DNA from: Planctomycetota bacterium
GTDB lineage: Bacteria > Planctomycetota > E44-bin39
Direction of reading: 5' to 3'
DNA length: 64,000 nt
Assembly: GCA_004376375.1 (NCBI GenBank)
Contig: SOJX01000015.1
Span: 2,324 to 66,323, forward strand
Shown here: positions 61,303 to 64,000 of the stretch, one piece after another
How positions within the stretch are numbered: the first letter of the stretch is position 1
Layout: every line of letters begins with the position of its first letter
Made by a program: the position numbers and the translations under genes
The notes under the pieces: generated by a model
What the model was told of the DNA's origin: nothing
Databases searched by the model: none
The model's input: only the letters and a program-made list of their open reading frames with translations

Positions 61303-64000
61303 ATGATTCTCGAACCGACAAAATTACTGGCCGTGGACCGGGCGTTCTCGAGGATTCTCCAGAGCCTCGGGCCCGGTGTCCGGCTGGGCGTGGGAAACGT
61401 GGTCGGCTCGTCGGCTGCGCTTCTCTCGGCGGCGCTGGCCGGGTCCGCGGATGCGGGGGAGGATGAAAAGGCGCCGCGCCGGACAATCCTTCTGGCAGCC
61501 CTGTCGACCAGGCAGGCGGACGCGTTTTACCGCGACCTTCCACTTTTCACGAATGTGCCGGTTCTGCGTTTCCCGCGTCTCGAGGCCGGCGGCGAAGCCC
61601 TCCCGGATTTCGCGTCGTTCAAGGAGCGTTTTGACACCGTTGCGGCGCTGGAGCGTGACCCGGGCGCGGCCCGGTTAATCGTCGCCGAAGCGGACGCGCT
61701 CGTCCAGCACCTTCCGCCTTTCCAGCGCCTCGCCGAATCGGTTATCGACCTGGCCGTGGGGAGGGAATACCCGCTTGAACGGTTGAGCGGGGCTTTATCG
61801 GAAAAAGGCTACGACCGCGTGCTGCAGGTCGAGTTTCCGTGCGAGTACTCGCTGCGGGGCGGAATACTGGACCTGTACCTGCCGACGGAAGAAAACCCGC
61901 TTCGAATCGAGTTCGACGGCGACAATATAGCTTCGCTCAGGCGTTTCTCGGTCGAAACGCAGACGACGATCGAGCCCGTTGAAAGTGTGAAAGGTTTTCT
62001 GCCGCCGAGGAACGAAGTCGGGCGCACGCATGCGGATTCGGGCTCGGTCCCGCTGACCTCTTTCATGCCGGACGGGTCCGTGGTGGTTCTGGCCGGCGCC
62101 GAAGCGGTGCTTTGCCGCATGAAGGACGTCTCGAATTCGGTAGACCCGGCACCCCTGCCGGGTTCTGCGGGCGTGTTTGAGAAGTTCGAGCAGGAGACGG
62201 CGCGCCTCGTCCGCCTCGAGTGCGAATCGCTTCCCGTTTCCGAGAGCGGTGGCGCCAATCTGGACGTGTTGCCGGTCGAGCGGATCGGAGGCGGCGCGAA
62301 CCGCGTCGTCGAGGAGGTAAAGAGGATACTCGGCAAAGAGGAGGGCCGTATCGTCCTTTTCGCGCCGCGTGAGGCCGAAAGGGAGCGGCTTCTGGAAATC
62401 TTCAGGGCGGCGGACGTGCCGCTTGAGCGCATAGAGATACTTCTGGGAACGCTTTCGCAGGGAATGGCCGTCGGCAGGCCGCGCACGTACATTCTCTCGA
62501 CCGACGAGCTTTTCAACCGCTATCGCATGCGCCGCCAGGTCAGGCCGTCGCGTTACCGCCGCGCGATCGAGTCGTTCCTGGAGCTCAAGCCCGGCGATTA
62601 CGTCGTCCACATGTCGCACGGAATCGGCCGCTTCCACAGCATAAAGCGGATGGCCCGGCGCGGGCGCCAGGAGGATTACCTCATAATCGAATACGCGGAA
62701 CAGCAGCTCCTCTACGTTCCCGCGACGAACATCGGCCTGGTGCAGAAATACATCGGCGGGCGCGAGACCGCGCCGAGGCTGGCAAAGGTCGGCGGCACTC
62801 TGTGGCAGCGCCAGAAAGAGCGCATCAAGGAAGCGCTCGTCGACCTTGCGACCGAGCTTCTGGAAATCCAGGCGATGCGCGAATCCCGGCCCGGAATCCA
62901 GTACGGCGAAGATACGCTATGGCAGCACGAATTCGAGGCCGCGTTTCCCTACGACGACACGCCCGACCAGGAACTCGCCACCGATGACATCAAAAAGGAC
63001 ATGGAATCTCCAAGGCCGTCCGACCGCCTCCTCTGCGGCGACGTCGGCTACGGAAAAACCGAAATCGCGATGCGGGCCGCCTTCAAGGCCGTCAACGCGG
63101 GCAAACAGGTCGCCATTCTCGTCCCGACGACCATTCTCGCACAGCAGCATTACACCACGTTTACCGAGCGCATGGCCGAGTTTCCGATTCTTATCGACGT
63201 GATTTCGCGGTTCCGCTCGGCGAAGGACCAGCGCGAAATCGTCCAAAAGGTGGGAGAGGGAAAGGTAGACATCCTCATCGGGACCCACCGGCTGATTTCG
63301 GAGGACATCCGCTTCAAAGACCTCGGACTGCTCATCATAGACGAGGAGCAGCGCTTCGGTGTAACGCACAAGGAGCGCCTCAAGAGAATGCGCGCCGAAG
63401 TCGACATCCTCACGCTCACTGCCACGCCTATCCCGCGCACGCTTCACATGTCGCTTCTCGGCATAAAAGACATCACGACGCTCGAGACGCCGCCGCTCGA
63501 CCGACGGGCGATCGTCACCGAAATCCACCGCTGGGACCCCGAGCTTATCCGAAACGCGATACTCCGCGAGCTCGACAGGAACGGGCAGGTCTATTTCGTC
63601 CACAACCGGGTCTATAACATCGAGCAGGTGCGCAGGGAGCTCGAAAAAATCTGCCCCGAGGCACGATACACCGTCTGTCATGGGCAGATGGACGAGAGCC
63701 TGCTCGAGGAGCGGATGCTCGATTTCATAAACTGCAGGCACGACGTGCTTGTGAGCACCACGATAATCGAAAGCGGGCTCGACATCCCCAACGTGAATAC
63801 GATTATAATCAACCGTGCGGAGATGTTCGGCCTCGCCGACCTTCACCAGCTCCGCGGGCGCGTCGGGCGGTACAAGTACCAGGCCTACGCGTACCTGCTC
63901 CTTCCGCTGGCGGGCGCCATCCCCGACGCTGCGGAAAAGCGGCTCCGCGCAATCGAGGAATTCAACGAACTCGGCGCAGGATTCAAAATCGCGATGCGCG
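61303..64000 (+). CDS. mfd: Transcription-repair coupling factor, 3' end outside window
   Basis: Not in the track because there is no stop in the window. Own translation in frame 1 gives MILEPTKLLAVD.., later DRLLCGDVGYGKTEIAMRAAF, IIDEEQRFGV, LTATPIPRTL and LHQLRGRVGR. Confidence 0.9.
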   Translation, partial: MILEPTKLLAVDRAFSRILQSLGPGVRLGVGNVVGSSAALLSAALAGSADAGEDEKAPRRTILLAALSTRQADAFYRDLPLFTNVPVLRFPRLEAGGEALPDFASFKERFDTVAALERDPGAARLIVAEADALVQHLPPFQRLAESVIDLAVGREYPLERLSGALSEKGYDRVLQVEFPCEYSLRGGILDLYLPTEENPLRIEFDGDNIASLRRFSVETQTTIEPVESVKGFLPPRNEVGRTHADSGSVPLTSFMPDGSVVVLAGAEAVLCRMKDVSNSVDPAPLPGSAGVFEKFEQETARLVRLECESLPVSESGGANLDVLPVERIGGGANRVVEEVKRILGKEEGRIVLFAPREAERERLLEIFRAADVPLERIEILLGTLSQGMAVGRPRTYILSTDELFNRYRMRRQVRPSRYRRAIESFLELKPGDYVVHMSHGIGRFHSIKRMARRGRQEDYLIIEYAEQQLLYVPATNIGLVQKYIGGRETAPRLAKVGGTLWQRQKERIKEALVDLATELLEIQAMRESRPGIQYGEDTLWQHEFEAAFPYDDTPDQELATDDIKKDMESPRPSDRLLCGDVGYGKTEIAMRAAFKAVNAGKQVAILVPTTILAQQHYTTFTERMAEFPILIDVISRFRSAKDQREIVQKVGEGKVDILIGTHRLISEDIRFKDLGLLIIDEEQRFGVTHKERLKRMRAEVDILTLTATPIPRTLHMSLLGIKDITTLETPPLDRRAIVTEIHRWDPELIRNAILRELDRNGQVYFVHNRVYNIEQVRRELEKICPEARYTVCHGQMDESLLEERMLDFINCRHDVLVSTTIIESGLDIPNVNTIIINRAEMFGLADLHQLRGRVGRYKYQAYAYLLLPLAGAIPDAAEKRLRAIEEFNELGAGFKIAMR

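Noticed and set aside
61277-61678. ORFs 61277-61543 (-) and 61376-61678 (+).
   Set aside because: They overlap the clearly recognisable mfd reading frame, which starts at 61303.

Overview
Gene-dense 64-kb segment of a high-GC bacterial chromosome with about 45 protein genes. Gene content suggests an uncultured PVC/Planctomycetota-like lineage: many lipoproteins, a BatA/DUF58 operon, PA14/PKD/TPR proteins, caspase-like peptidases, GT39. That placement is inference only. I recognised no rRNA, tRNA, CRISPR array, transposase or integrase. All family calls come from motif recognition by eye; no searches or folding were run.

Layout:
- 1-13.5 kb (+): Bat/MoxR-type operon (DUF58, BatA-like, vWA/GATase-like, large coiled-coil membrane protein, PA14-PKD-TPR).
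- 13.6-18.7 kb (+): small secreted or membrane proteins.
- 34.2 to 18.8 kb (-): a tightly coupled 15-kb string. Order is HEAT protein, Mth938-like, carbamoyltransferase, SxtJ-like, radical-SAM/SPASM-methyltransferase fusion, unlisted 52-aa DUF5989-like ORF, DUF58, TPR-HExxH lipoprotein, two caspase-like lipoproteins, GT39.
- 35-39.5 kb: AT-rich island (TerB-repeat/PH/HNH protein, Kv-type K+ channel, HsdR-N-like nuclease).
- 40.7-45.9 kb (-): an alpha-2-macroglobulin-like protein split into two secreted halves.
- 46.5-48.4 kb: AT-rich islet with an HNH + DGQH(K/R) fusion.
- 48.7-52.4 kb: topoisomerase VI B and A with a cassette between them.
- 52.5-57.1 kb (-): methyltransferase, three overlapping tandem paralogs, PilZ protein.
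- Remainder: TraB/GumN-like, SGNH hydrolase, rnc, mfd (3' end outside the window).

Most notable observations:
- The only interruption of the A2M C-half is a TGA exactly at the thioester Cys (CxEQ). A 14-bp hairpin follows at SECIS distance, so this is a candidate selenocysteine warhead, or else a pseudogene.
- Nearly every intergenic spacer is filled with word-like degenerate tandem repeats plus TTAGCCG-anchored GC hairpins.
- Both topo VI subunits carry histone-H1-like Lys-rich tails.
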